A stretch of 61,272 nt of DNA, filler included. It is 11 parts of 11 records of this genome, joined end to end, with 100 filler letters (N's around TTAATTAATTAA, not from the genome) between each part and the next. Parts side by side here need not be neighbours in the genome. Positions count along the whole stretch, not along the records: positions 30,545 to 39,494 come from SRR7504441_13481; positions 39,595 to 44,540 come from SRR7504441_13498; positions 44,641 to 51,474 come from SRR7504441_13504; 8 more parts are not named here. The stretch is one strand, 5' to 3'. The notes under the pieces were generated by a model. It saw only the letters and a list, made by a program, of their open reading frames with translations. It did not search any database and was not told the origin of the DNA. Shown here one piece after another: positions 33,316 through 44,805 of this stretch. The first letter of the stretch is position 1, and each line of letters starts with the position of its first letter. The translations under genes and the position numbers were made by a program.

Positions 33316-34879
33316 ATGGTGAAAACCCACGAGCAGCTCTCAGGCAGCTTCCCTTCCCTCCCCTGGGCTCACCCGCCGCGCAGCCTCGCTCACCGGGCTG
33401 TGGGAGTCGCCGCCGGTCAAGTCGGTCGGTGCGGCGCTCGGCCGGTCGGTGCAGCCGGACTGGCTGCGCGCGGCGCTGTTTGCCCCGGGCGAGGAGCACT
33501 GGCCGGCCTACTGCGCGCTGCTCCCCGGGGCCGCAGAGCTCTCCGCAGAGGTCCGCCAGCCGGCGTGATTGGCGTCGATCCGCCGTGTGCAGGGCCCGGA
33601 GCAGCCTTCGGCTGGCAAGGCGGCGACCCCGTTCTTGTCTGTGTTTTACCTGCATCACTCGCACCACCCGGTGTATGTCAAGCAGTTTGTGCTAGCCGGC
33701 GGGCTGCTCGGGCTCACAAAGCTGGTGGCCGCACCCAACCTGTACATCCGCGGCCAGGCGCTCGAGGCCTTCCAGCACGTCACCAACGCGATCGACTGGT
33801 TTGCGGCCCCGGGCGACGCCGGATGGGAGGAGTTGCCAACCCTCTCACTGCACCGGCAGCTGCTCGGGCTGATCCGGACCCCAGTGCTCCGGCAGCTGCT
33901 GGCCGACCACCAGCTCCAGCCTGGGCCGGCGGCCGACACGCTGGGGTTTGCAGGGCTGCGGCTCGCTGCGTTTTGGATCTCGTGGGTGAGTACACCCAGG
34001 TGTGTCGGGCGGGATTGGGGGCAGGTTCGGTTCACGTTCTGCCGAGGGGCTGGGACGCTGCATCTGAGCCAATCGCTGATCGATTTGATCGGGAAATTCC
34101 GGGATAAGTCCGGGGGAGAGGAGGAGACCAAGCTGGCAGCCCAGGTTTATGAGGACTTTGCGAGTGTTGAGGTTGCCCCATCGGAGGGGCCGTGGGGCTG
34201 TGGACTGATGGTGGCCGGTGCGCGTTGTACTCTGTCGGTGTAACTGAGCCCGACGCAGAGTCGGTGTGTGTCGCGGTGCGCGAGCGGGGGAACGAATGCT
34301 TCAAGTCCGGTCGGTCGATGTGCGCTACCGCGCACTACTCGATGCTGATCGACCTCAATCCGGCCGATCCGGCGGGATTCACCAACCGAGCGGCTGCCCT
34401 GCTCAAGTTCAGCAGCTGCTGTTCCGGGTGGGCCGCCAGCCGGTGCCATAGAACGTCTGGATCAGGGCTGAGCGGAGCTCAATGCTGGAGCGAGTGGTTG
34501 AGGATTCAGACAGGGCCCTGAACATACAGCCCGAGTGCGCCCGGACGGATAGCGGCCGGCTGAGATGGTGGGTAGGCTGCTCAAGGGGCACTACAGGAAG
34601 GCAAAGGCGCTGGTCTTGCTGGAGCGGTGGCCGGAGGCCGCGGCACAGCTTGAGGCCGGCCTGGCTGCCCACCCTGGTGATGGCGAGCTCGGGGGTCTGA
34701 TGGCCACTGTGCGCGAGAAGAAGACCATGCTCGAGGTACAGGAGCACTGTGATGCCACCCAGGCCGCCGCCGAGCGGGAGGCGGCCGAGGCTGGGCAAGA
34801 AGCGGTGGAAAAGGCAGCCCCGGTGACTGAGGGGGACGGCGCCGACATTGACAAGGCGGGGCTTTTGGAGCTGGATTGA
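33316..34879 (+). CDS. TPR-containing protein with an N-terminal helical domain (multi-exon)
   Basis: NLYIRGQALEAF..AFWISW, then RERGNECFK..FTNRAAALLK..EDSDRAL..KGHYRKAKAL. Start uncertain. Confidence 0.7.
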
Positions 34880-34998
34880 CCCCCTCAAGTACCCCTCTTC
34901 AAGGATATGAGTACGTATAGGTTACGTATAGGTACCTACACCAAAATACTAACAACTTCGTCCGTATAATTAATTCAGGGGCCACGATTAAAAACTGG

Positions 34999-37197
34999 CT
35001 AGTTGTTTTCAGAAGGGTTGAACCAGTACACGAAGTTCCCCTTGGCAAATGTACCATCGGGTCTGGGTGCGCATCGCCGGACCTGCAGTTCTGAGGCGTG
35101 CTCAAAGTACCCCTGATCATGCCACTCAAGCATCTCCTCGGAGCTGTGCGGCCCGTGCACCTTGCCTGTCGAGCTCCATCGGAACTGCCACTTGGCGCTG
35201 TCACGGCCTGAAGCGCTCGCCTCGAGGCTGTTCTTCAGCACACTGTCTCGCCCCCACATCCTCGGTGCGTCGGCTGGTGGCTCCAGCCGCCACGCCACCA
35301 CCGTAGCTAACATGGTCCCGACTGCCGTCTGGCACGAATCGCCGCAGTCAATGCTTGGCAGTCCCAAATCTGCGAGTTTCTCCCGATCACCCATCGCCTC
35401 AGCAACGCTTTCCCAGCTCACCTGCAAAGCCTCGCCCAGCACCTTGGCCATTTCTTGCTGCTCCAATTGCCGCTGAGCCTTGAGACTGGCCAGCTCGCTG
35501 AGCCTTGCATCCAATTCGCCGGTAAGCCGTTGGATCTCTTGCGACTGCTCCTCCATCTCGCTTTGAACGCACGCCAGCTGCTCTTGTTGGCAATCAGCAG
35601 CGGCAGCACTTGCAGCGGTCTTTTCCTTGGCTCTCGCCGCCTCATCCTCAGCGTCTTCGCGCAGTTGCTGCTCTGTCTGTAGCTTGGCCTCCAGCAGGCG
35701 CACATGATTGGCCACCACGAGCGTGGGCACGTCGCCACTGGCCGTGGCCTGAGCAAGCACTTGCGAGGTGAGCTGCTCCTCCAGCTCCGGTTGCCTATTC
35801 TGGCCCGCTGTCTTAAGTACAGGCACAGTGATTGCCTCGATGTGCCCATCTGCCCAACCCGAATAGACCAGTCCCTCCTGAGGGTCCACTGCCATTGCTG
35901 TCCTGCACTCTCCTGTCATCAAGTCAGCCAATTTCACGTCCCAGTTGTCCAGCTCTGGGTCGATTGAGCCAAACCAAAGCAAGCCCCCCGGCCAGTGGTG
36001 CATGAAATTAATCGCTGCATCGCCGCAGTGCAGGTTGAGCAGCTCTTCTCCCTTCTTGTAATCCCACATGCACACCGTCCCATCCGCTGCAGCACTCACT
36101 AGCAGAGCCGTTCCCACTGCATCTCCGATGATTGCCAGACAGCGAACAGCGTCAGAGTGTGACTTGAGTGTGTGCAACAAGGCCCAGTCCTCCCGCTGCC
36201 AAACGCATACAGCGTGATCTGCAGACCCGGTGCATACTTGCTTGCCGCCGTCTGGGCACTCACAGATGCACAGCACTGCCTTCTGGTGCGCCTGCACGCT
36301 AGACTCCTTGTAGCGGTCTCCGCTGCCCAGTTCTATCACCTGCATTGCTCCCGACTGGGTCCCAGCAGCCAATGTCAGTCCGCCGACACCGTCTGACGAG
36401 CGGAGCAGCTGGAGGCACATCACCGGCTCAGCACTGGCCTCGCTGCAGAACAGCGACTCGAGATCATCCGACCACACTCTCACCCGCCCATCGTTCCCGC
36501 ACGATGCCAGCTGCCTCCCAGGCAGGGCCAGCAGACCACGCACACCGGCCCTGTGCGCCTTACGGACCAGGCTGGTTGGTTGCGACTGCCCAGCTGCCCA
36601 GAGCGCCAGCGATCCGTCGTTGCTCCCAGTGGCCAGCTGGCCCGAACAAGCAGCAGCCATGCAGCTCACCGCCTTGGTGTGCCCGCCAGTCCACCGGCCA
36701 GCGCCGCGGGTGGCAGCGGTCAGCTCTGGGCAGTGCGGCGGGATGGCCAGCTCCATCGGGGCTGGCAGCGTCACCTCCGGGGTGGCCAGCCAGCGGAAGA
36801 CCACCGCCTCCACGCAGCTGTCGGCGGTGGGCTGGCCCTCCAGGAGCAGCTCCTGTATGGCCTGCTGGGCTTCCTGCTTGAGCGGTCCGGGCACCAGCTC
36901 CGGCAGCCGGCCGAGCACCTGGGCCACGAGGTCCTGCCCGGGCTCAATCTCGGGCTCGAGCAAGCCCCACAAGTGCAGGTAAAGCCGGAGCTCCTCCTGC
37001 TTCCCGCCCCCGAACAGGGCGTGCGCGGTGCCCACCGAGGGCAGCCGCAGCCCGGTCACCCGGTCGCGGCCCACTGTCACCCCAACCGCGATCTCCTCGA
37101 GGAAGTTTGCAGCGAGCTCGTTGCCCCGGGCGGCCTGCACACCGTGCGAACTGCGCACCGGGAGCTCTTCACCCACTGAGGGGGCTCCCGAAACCAT
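34999..37197 (-). CDS. WD40-repeat + coiled-coil + C-terminal GYF-domain protein
   Basis: Several GH..WD-type repeats (LATGSNDG, LASCGNDG, TGSADH, VSAAADG) and VHGPHSSEEMLEWHDQGYF. One uninterrupted ORF. Confidence 0.85.
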   Translation of the reverse strand: MVSGAPSVGEELPVRSSHGVQAARGNELAANFLEEIAVGVTVGRDRVTGLRLPSVGTAHALFGGGKQEELRLYLHLWGLLEPEIEPGQDLVAQVLGRLPELVPGPLKQEAQQAIQELLLEGQPTADSCVEAVVFRWLATPEVTLPAPMELAIPPHCPELTAATRGAGRWTGGHTKAVSCMAAACSGQLATGSNDGSLALWAAGQSQPTSLVRKAHRAGVRGLLALPGRQLASCGNDGRVRVWSDDLESLFCSEASAEPVMCLQLLRSSDGVGGLTLAAGTQSGAMQVIELGSGDRYKESSVQAHQKAVLCICECPDGGKQVCTGSADHAVCVWQREDWALLHTLKSHSDAVRCLAIIGDAVGTALLVSAAADGTVCMWDYKKGEELLNLHCGDAAINFMHHWPGGLLWFGSIDPELDNWDVKLADLMTGECRTAMAVDPQEGLVYSGWADGHIEAITVPVLKTAGQNRQPELEEQLTSQVLAQATASGDVPTLVVANHVRLLEAKLQTEQQLREDAEDEAARAKEKTAASAAAADCQQEQLACVQSEMEEQSQEIQRLTGELDARLSELASLKAQRQLEQQEMAKVLGEALQVSWESVAEAMGDREKLADLGLPSIDCGDSCQTAVGTMLATVVAWRLEPPADAPRMWGRDSVLKNSLEASASGRDSAKWQFRWSSTGKVHGPHSSEEMLEWHDQGYFEHASELQVRRCAPRPDGTFAKGNFVYWFNPSENN

Positions 37198-37248
37198 TTG
37201 TGCTGCAGATTGTTCAAATTTGATTGGTGGCACACTTGCTCAGAAGCA

Positions 37249-38979
37249 ATGGTCCAGTTCACCTTGGCGCTGTCGACTGGGTCTCCGTACGCCGACACGC
37301 TGCTCATCGTGCTCGGGCTGGCCGCCTACTACACCATCTACCACGCCCCGCCCGCCCCGTCCCGGGCCGAGCAGGCCTCCGCCCCCGTCCGGCCCGGCTC
37401 TCACCAGGCGGGCAGGCGGCGGCTCAAGGGGAGCTAGGACTCCGGCAAGCCGAAATAGACCGGCTGCGCTCCCGGTGCACACATACCCTGGCCCCAGCTG
37501 ACGCCCGGCAGGCTGGGCCAGCTCAAGCGCGAGCCCCGCCGGACGCCCGAGCTGGACTCTCGGATCGCCGCGCTCGACGCCCAGGCCTGGCTGCGCATGT
37601 ACTGTCGACCGCTCACCCTCGGGGGCAGGCCGAACGGCTCGAGCAGCTGAACTTGAGCTGCGCTGCCCGGCTCGACAGGGCCAAGCGGGTAGAGCAGCAG
37701 GCAGATGCCGCGCTCGAGTCTGTGGAGGCGGCCCGGCCGGAGCTGGCTGCCCGGTGCGATGAGCTCTCGGCCAACTTCTTCGTGGTCAAGCAGGCGGCTG
37801 GGCAGTGGCGGGGGGGGCGAGCGGTGAGCAGGTGAATGTGGAGCTGTCGGCCCAGTTGGTGTGGCGCACGCTGGTGTGGAGGGCGCTCGTCCAGCACCAC
37901 CGGAGTGAGTGCGACCAGCGCGGTGCGGCCAGCAGGCCACGCCAGCGCGAGCTGGGGGCAGCCGGGCGGGCGGAGGCTGAGCTGGAGCAGTTTGAGGCCA
38001 GGCTGGCCGGCGAGACGGCGGCGCGGGCGCAGTGTATGCTGCAGCTGGAGAGGGGACAAGTGCAGGTGCCGGCTGGGCGGCCGGCGGGCGAGCATGGGGG
38101 CAGCTGGGCGAGATCATCGCAGAGCACACCGCGCTGCTCGCGGCGTGGGACACGCACCAGCACGAGCAAGAGGCCCGGGTGGCCGCTGGTCCCAGCCCTG
38201 GAGCCGACTGTGGCCCGCAGGAGGTGCAGTTGGCACACAGAGTGCGACACGCGGCAGCCATGATGGAAATGCTCGAGCGCAGCGCCCGCCAGGCCGATCG
38301 GCGGGCGAGCGAGGCCGAGGCCGCAGCCCAAGCGATCGCGGCCGGCGGCCGGGCCCGGGTGGATAAAGCTAGGCAGGCAGCCGAGGCCGCGGTGCAGCTG
38401 GCCGGGCAGCAGGGCTGAGTCTGGGGCAGCGGGCGGCGGATAGCGCGTCCCACGCCGCGCACCGCGAAGCGCTGGAGGACCAGGTAAAGAGCATGGACGG
38501 ACAGCTCGGGGCGGCGCGCGAGGCGGAGCGGCAGACGCAAGGAGAGCTGGAGTGCAGCCAGCAGCGGGTGGTGAAGGTCAGTGAGGGTGAGGGGTTGGGC
38601 CGAGCGTTGGGACAGCTTCAGGCGGACCTTGAGGCGATGCAGCAGTTTGTGGTCCAGCAGAAGGCTAAGATGGAGCTGCTGGCGCTCAAGGAGAGCGGAT
38701 TGAATGAGGTGATCGAGAGCCTCAAGAACAAAGCGATCCCAAGCACCCCCAAACCGAGCCACACACCCAAAAAGAATGCTGAGAGCGAAAAGTGCCCGGC
38801 ACGGCGCGGGCTGGTGGCTGACCGGTGTGTTGCAGAGCCAAGAAGCGCAAGCCACTAAACAACATCGGAGCAAATTCGCCGTGCACGCCTGTTGGTCGAC
38901 CAGTCCCTTCGCCGATGCAGCTGCCTTGAGAGCTCTACGTAGTGTTCACCTCGCACGCTTGTATGTACGTACGCAGTAA
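37249..38979 (+). CDS. Membrane-anchored coiled-coil protein (multi-exon)
   Basis: MVQFTLAL..LLIVLGLAAYYTIY hydrophobic start, then coiled-coil exons separated by short introns. 3' end approximate. Confidence 0.55.
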
Positions 38980-39430
38980 GAACAATTCGCAGCACCTCGG
39001 TGTCTTTATCTATCAGAAACTCAATACGTAATGGAATCAAAAGTTTTTTCGAGCTTACTGAGTAAGTCTTATACTGCAAAACTTTTATTAAAGTACTGAA
39101 CAATGTACAAACAATCCAACAAGCACGATTTGACACAATCATGTTACGAGTATGATCGTTACAGGATACATCGAAAGTCCATCATTGAAGGTGCCAGTCG
39201 TGCCACAGCCACACCGCTCGAGGATAGCTCGAGGAATCGTCCACAATCGTCCATTGCCGTACCTTGCGTACCAACCTAGCACTAACTACGTACCTAGCGC
39301 CCATGGATATTAACCTAGCGCTCCTTGAAGCTGTGCGCTCGTACATTAGTAGACGCTGTAGTGAAGGACACGAGGACAGATGGATGCCAGTGAAGGACAG
39401 CCGCTAGACAGAGGCTGCCGTTAGGCAATC

Positions 39431-39494
39431 ATGGCCAAGACGCGCCCAGAGGCGGAGCCGGACTGCTTCGAGGTGGAGCGGATCGTGGCCCGGC
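39431..39494 (+). CDS. Start of a chromodomain protein, cut by the linker
   Basis: MAKTRPEAEPDCFEVERIVAR resembles the chromodomain start (Y/F)EVE(K/R)I. Confidence 0.55.
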
Positions 39495-39594
39495 NNNNNN
39501 NNNNNNNNNNNNNNNNNNNNNNNNNNNNNNNNNNNNNNTTAATTAATTAANNNNNNNNNNNNNNNNNNNNNNNNNNNNNNNNNNNNNNNNNNNN
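39495..39594. other. Artificial contig linker
   Basis: N44-TTAATTAATTAA-N44. Confidence 0.98.
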
Positions 39595-39629
39595 CATTTG
39601 TCTCAACTGCCTTCAGTTGCCGGCCCGCA

Positions 39630-40577
39630 ATGACACTGCAGCTGCACCCCGGGGCGCTGCCGCCGCGGTTGTTCTCACAGGTGCTCGCGGAGGCTCGGCT
39701 GTTCGCCCAGCTGCAGCATGCCGCCCCGAGCCGCCCAGTCGGCGGGCAGCAGACCCAGTTCTACAGGCCGGGCCAGGCCGCCCCTCGGTGCGCCATCGAG
39801 CACGCGGTGCCGCCCACCCCGGCTGTGGCCGGCTCCAACTCGGGGGCAGCTTGAGGCGCTGCAGCGGCTGGCCGGCAGCCAGCTCGGGTGCGAGTGGTGG
39901 GTCCAATCCCGCGGGGGCACTCAGGGAATGAGCCTGCACTTTGATACGGACATGGTGCCCCCCACGCCGGCTGTGGCCGCAACCCGGGGCAGTGCCGACA
40001 GCACCAGACCGGCCAGTCCCGCTTCCCGGAGCGCTCGTCCGTGCTCTACCTGAGCCGGAGCGACAGCCCAACCTGCGTGCTGGAGCAGCGGTTGGGTTTA
40101 TCGTGGACAGGCCGGCCGCGGCTGGTGCCGAGTGAGCCTGACCGGGCCTGGCTGGTCCATCCGTGGACCAACCAGTACGCCACCTTCCCGGGCCACATGC
40201 TGCACGGGGTGCTGCCCTCGAGCTACCCGGTCGGCGGGCCCCGACTCACGCTGCTGGTGAATTTCTGGAATGAGCCGCCGCCGGCAGAGCCCTGCTGTGT
40301 CCCGACAACGGCTGAGCTGGCGGCCGAGCTAGCTAAGGCTGGCACAGCAGCCGAGGATCAGGCCCTACCTGCAGTAGAGCCGATCAGGCGAGAGGTGAAC
40401 GCGGCAGACCCCCGTTCCGAGGTCAGTCTGGTGGATGCGGAGGTGGCACTCACTACGGAGCGGGCGGCCGGGTCGCAATTTTGGGTGCCGAGCGACCAGC
40501 CGCCGGGAAGAGGAGGGATCACGTTAGTCAGCGGGATGGGCCGGCGCAGGCTTCTCGAAAATTGCTACGACCGGTAA
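39630..40577 (+). CDS. 2OG-Fe(II) oxygenase-superfamily protein (HxD..H)
   Basis: After removing introns 39807-39849 and 39955-39992: GCEWWVQ, LHFDTD, SSVLYL, FPGHMLHGV and RLTLLVNFW. Confidence 0.8.
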
Positions 40578-40696
40578 TGCTGTGGCCTGTGCACAATGTC
40601 ATATCCTTCCGTGCGTACATGTACCGTGATGTAATCTACTTAGTGTCTACTCGTACGTATACGTACACGTAGTCTACGTACGAGTACTCGTACATA

Positions 40697-41545
40697 TTAG
40701 TTGTCTAGCTTTGTTGCGGCCACCATGCTTGCGACCTTGGCTTTGTCAGCACACTTCCATTCGAACTCCGATTCTGCCGTATTCAGCTTCTCGCCCCCCA
40801 TGTGCACCGGCTGGCTCGGCCGGTAGCTCATGCGGCTGCGGACCAGCTCCCGCGCCGACCCGTGCACCTGCCGCACCCCTGTTGTCCTGATCAGCTCACC
40901 AATGTTGTCCTGATTCAGCCCGCCGCCCGCCGCGACCTCCACTCCAACGGAATCGCCCAGAGCCGCCATCCGCTGAAGCGCCCCCACCCCCTCCGGCGCA
41001 GAGCCGGCCCCGCCCGACGATAGCACCCGCGCCACCCCGCACCGCGCACACGCCCGCAGGGCTGCAACCGGGTCAGGAGTCACATCGATCGCCCGGTGAA
41101 ACGTGACCGGAAGTGGCGACGCGGCCGCCACCAATCGGGTGAGCAGCGGCTCGTCTACCAGCCCGTCCGGTCCGAGCACGCCCACCACAAACCCGTCGGC
41201 TCCTGCTGCCTTGAGGGCATCGAGGTCAGCGAAGATGATTTGCTGCTCGTTTAGGTCGTACAAGAAGTCGCCAGCCCGTGGCCGGAGCATGCAGTGTATG
41301 GGGATGCCACACCGGCGCCGGCAGCAGAGCATGGTGCCCACACTGGGGGTCAGCCCGCCCTCCACCAGACCGGCGCACAGCTCCACCCGCCCGGCCCCGC
41401 CAGCCTCTGCGGCGAGCGTGCCGGCAAGCGAGTCGGTGCAAACCTCCAGCAGACAGCCGCCGCTAGATCTAGAGGCCACGGCGGTCCGGCGCCGCACGAC
41501 CAGCAGCAGCGCACCCGCCGCTGCCCCGATCACAACCCGAAACAT
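40697..41545 (-). CDS. CUTC: CutC-family protein with an N-terminal hydrophobic/targeting extension
   Basis: LEVCTDS, GAGRVELC, EGGLTPS, MLRPRAGDFLY, VTFHRAID, RVLSSGG and QVHGS. Intronless. Confidence 0.93.
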   Translation of the reverse strand: MFRVVIGAAAGALLLVVRRRTAVASRSSGGCLLEVCTDSLAGTLAAEAGGAGRVELCAGLVEGGLTPSVGTMLCCRRRCGIPIHCMLRPRAGDFLYDLNEQQIIFADLDALKAAGADGFVVGVLGPDGLVDEPLLTRLVAAASPLPVTFHRAIDVTPDPVAALRACARCGVARVLSSGGAGSAPEGVGALQRMAALGDSVGVEVAAGGGLNQDNIGELIRTTGVRQVHGSARELVRSRMSYRPSQPVHMGGEKLNTAESEFEWKCADKAKVASMVAATKLDN

Positions 41546-41615
41546 GGCCGGAGGTCGAAGTCCGTTAAACTAGAACGGCCCGGCATAGGCAAGGCCCCTT
41601 CTATCTCGGCGAGGC

Positions 41616-42787
41616 ATGGGACCGAGAGGGAGCAAAGCAGTGGACGACTACGCGTACGTGGTTGGCCTGCATTCGTGGCCAATGCTCGGTCCATACTACT
41701 ATGGTGGTGCGCCCCTGCTGGCGTGCATCCCTCCAGCCGCTGCGGCAGACCCCCGAGGCCTCTCCCAGGCGGTTAAGGTGCGCCGGCACTCTGATCTTCA
41801 ACTCATCCAGCCGGGCGCTGGACGATCTGGGCGCTGGACGCTCCGGGATTGGGCGTTGTGGCAGCAGTTTGCTGCTGGTCCTCGTGTCAACCCCGTGGCC
41901 AAGGCACTCCTGCTCGGGACGCAATGCCGGGACTCGCCGCTGTGGCAGCTTCCCAACCCTGTGGCCGAGCAGGCTCAAACCCTGTGGCGGGGGCGGGGAG
42001 CTCACTGTTGGCCAGGTGTTCCTGGAGCTAAAGCGCCAGTGGAGCCGAGAATTGGTCACGGACAAAGCGGCCATCTCCATATGCGGCGAGGTGCGGTTCC
42101 CAGCGGGCACGGGCACCGTGGTCAACATGCTGCCGTTCGTGCTTGGCGACAAGGCATCTCTCCCGCCTGAGCTCCACCAGTACTGGCCTCTGATCGTGGC
42201 CTGCCCCACTCAGCCCTCGGAGCAGGGGAAGGTGCCTAACTTCGTTCGCCTGAGCATGGCCCTAACTAAACTGTTATTAACTAGCTGTGCAGGTCTGCTA
42301 CCTGACCGTCCAGGAATCCACCTCGGAAGGTGGGGCACCTCAGCGCCGTCGTGGCATCCACACCGAAGGCTTTCACTACAACAGAGGCCAGTGCCTCGAG
42401 CAGCCATGGTGGCATCCATGGGGAGGAGGGCAGGCCGGCCAATTCGCAGGAGGAATCTTCACATCCTCGAGCGTTTCGGAGTCCACTCGGCTCTGGGACG
42501 TGCAATTGCCCACTTATCGAGCTGGGTACAGCGCGGGTGGCGGGGACTGCGAGCACCTGCGTGGAGTCCTGCAAGATCACCCCTCAGTGAAGCCAGTGGC
42601 CGGGGAACTGTATTGGTTGACCGACGCTACGCCCCACGAGTCCCTGCCGCTGCCTCCTGGGTCTTTCAGGCAGTACTTTCGGCTTGTTACGTCTGATGTG
42701 GCAGTGTGGTGGGAGCAACATTCTACCCCAAACAGACTGGGAACGCAACCCGATGCAGAGATCCTAATGTCAAACAAATTTGAATGA
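41616..42787 (+). CDS. Uncharacterised protein with a probable double-stranded beta-helix dioxygenase fold (HxE..H)
   Basis: VNMLPF, VCYLTVQES, QRRRGIHTEG, GGIF, GDCEHLR, LYWLTDATPHES and RQYFRLV. GC-AG intron at 41973-42015 plus a second intron near 42232-42292. Confidence 0.7.
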
Positions 42788-42942
42788 ACCGATTCTCGAT
42801 TACTTTTAATTGTAAAAGCAGAGTCGGGCTCGTTGAAAATCTATTAAATTGTACACTGTAGAACTCTGTGCATGACTGTACATTGCGCAATCATGTCATC
42901 AATTGAATGATTTCACGTGCACGACAACAATCATCATCAATG

Positions 42943-44372
42943 TCACATAATTTCATACTTGTGCAACACACTCGCAAGACTGCCCACCACGCATGTGCTA
43001 AGTGAAATAATGCAATCGAGGAGGTGCTCGATGAGGAGTATGTGGGTTGCACCGCCGTTCTGTTGTCTGAGCGTTCCCTTGCCAAGAGGCTCGTTGACAC
43101 CAAGACCAGGCCTTTGCGGGCCTGAATCCGGGACCACAGTGGGCTCCTCATATCTTCCTTCAGGCGCAAGGAATATTGGGACTAACAGCATAAGTAAAAG
43201 GAGCCCTAATAGCGTCAACGTGGGCCAAAGCGCCATAGCGCGTCGGCAGGTAATCCCTGAGTAGCTTGTGCCAAAGGGCTCCTGCATTTGATCATGTAGT
43301 CGACTGATCATAAGTTTAGGCTTGGGACTCGGACCCGCGGAAGATGAGGCAAAGAGTCTGGCTACGATGAAGGCTGCCATGGCTTCAGTGGTAGGATGGT
43401 CCACCGCCAGTGTGTGGGGAAGCTTGAACCCGAGCTCAAGTTGCAGCATACCGTGCAGCGCTGCAGTAGAGCCTGCTGCATAGAGCCCACTGCTGGCGAC
43501 CACGCCGGCCGCCGCATCAACCTTGCTCTGCACCATCTGATGCACCACCACATGCAGCGCTTCGGCGTCGAGTCCCACCACGCTCGCCACGAATGCCGAT
43601 GCCGGTGACAGAGACGGTGCGCCATGCAGCTCGAGCCAGACCTGTGAGTGGCGCAACCTCTCGTCCAGATCCCAGGCTGGGACTAACGGCTCTATGATGC
43701 ACAGGCTGTCGCTTGTCTCTGCAGGATTGCTGGCCCATCTGTGCAGCCTGCAGACTAGACGTGCCAAAGCTTCGGCATTCAACTCATTGACAGCTGCAAC
43801 GCCAGCAGCCGCTCTGCTGAGCCACTCCGCCTGCTCTTTCATGGACGGGAGCTGCTTGAGCTGCTCGAGCGCCCGATGCGCCTGGCAGAACTGCTCCAGC
43901 ACCAGCGCATCCGATTGGATCTGCCCGGCGAGTCTGTTGGGGGCCATCCAGCGCATCCTACGGGTGAACCCCTCAAACTCTGGCCGCCCCACAGCTGCGC
44001 CGGGCTGCACTGGATTGGCCGCAGTCAGCGCCCGGCTGCACGTGGCCACCTAACCCACCCGTCTCGGCTGGCAGTTGTGCGGCCACCTGCCCAACGAACA
44101 GTGCAAACTCCAGATCGAGCGGGCGCGACTCCGCCTTGATCATCTCCAGGAAGCGCCGCCACTGGCCCCAGCCTAGGAAGGCCACCATGTCCATCGCCTG
44201 CAGCCCGTTGACGCCCGGCCGGCGGCGGGCCGACCTCCTGCAGCCCTGTGCGGCCGGCCAGCCTCTCGAGCTGGCTCGCATCCAGTCGGTGGAAGGCCTC
44301 GAAGACCTGACGCGCCGCCTGGAGCTCCGACTGGCTCAGCACCGTTGGCCTCGCCGAAGCTGCGTCAGCCAT
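42943..44372 (-). CDS. Hypothetical protein containing a degenerate acyl-carrier (PP-binding) domain and a TM segment
   Basis: LQLELGFKLPHTLAVDHPTTEAMAAFI matches the C-terminal half of PKS ACPs. 5' exons are joined by short introns. Confidence 0.55.
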
Positions 44373-44540
44373 CTCTGACAACCCACGGGCGCACACTCAA
44401 CCCCGCGTCCCCTCCGCACCCGTGTACCCGTCAACAAGCTGCGTGCAACCGTCAGCGGTCAGGGCCAACTGCAGCTGCAGGCAGTACCTCCTTAGCACCC
44501 GGAGGGGTGCCCCACATCCGACTAAAAAAAATGTCCTCAT

Positions 44541-44640
44541 NNNNNNNNNNNNNNNNNNNNNNNNNNNNNNNNNNNNNNNNNNNNTTAATTAATTAANNNN
44601 NNNNNNNNNNNNNNNNNNNNNNNNNNNNNNNNNNNNNNNN
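44541..44640. other. Artificial contig linker
   Basis: N44-TTAATTAATTAA-N44. Confidence 0.98.
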
Positions 44641-44805
44641 CTAAATAAAGCTGAGATGAACGCCCCTATGAGGCCAAGCATTTAATTTCATCTGAAGAAC
44701 ATTGCCTTCAACTGCACGATACGTCTGAACCCGTCTTGATCAATCTATTGAGGTGTAGCTGCAGCACCTGCCACGCAATCAGACCCCGGCGCCGACCGGG
44801 AGCAC

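Noticed and set aside
39270-39400. Short repeats (ACCTAGC x3, GTGAAGGACA x2) before the chromodomain start, as an LTR
   Set aside because: No paired LTR, primer-binding site or retroelement ORF, and the contig ends too soon to judge.
40615-40696. GTAC cluster beside CutC as copper-response elements
   Set aside because: It lies 3' of the gene, and similar clusters occur in many unrelated spacers.
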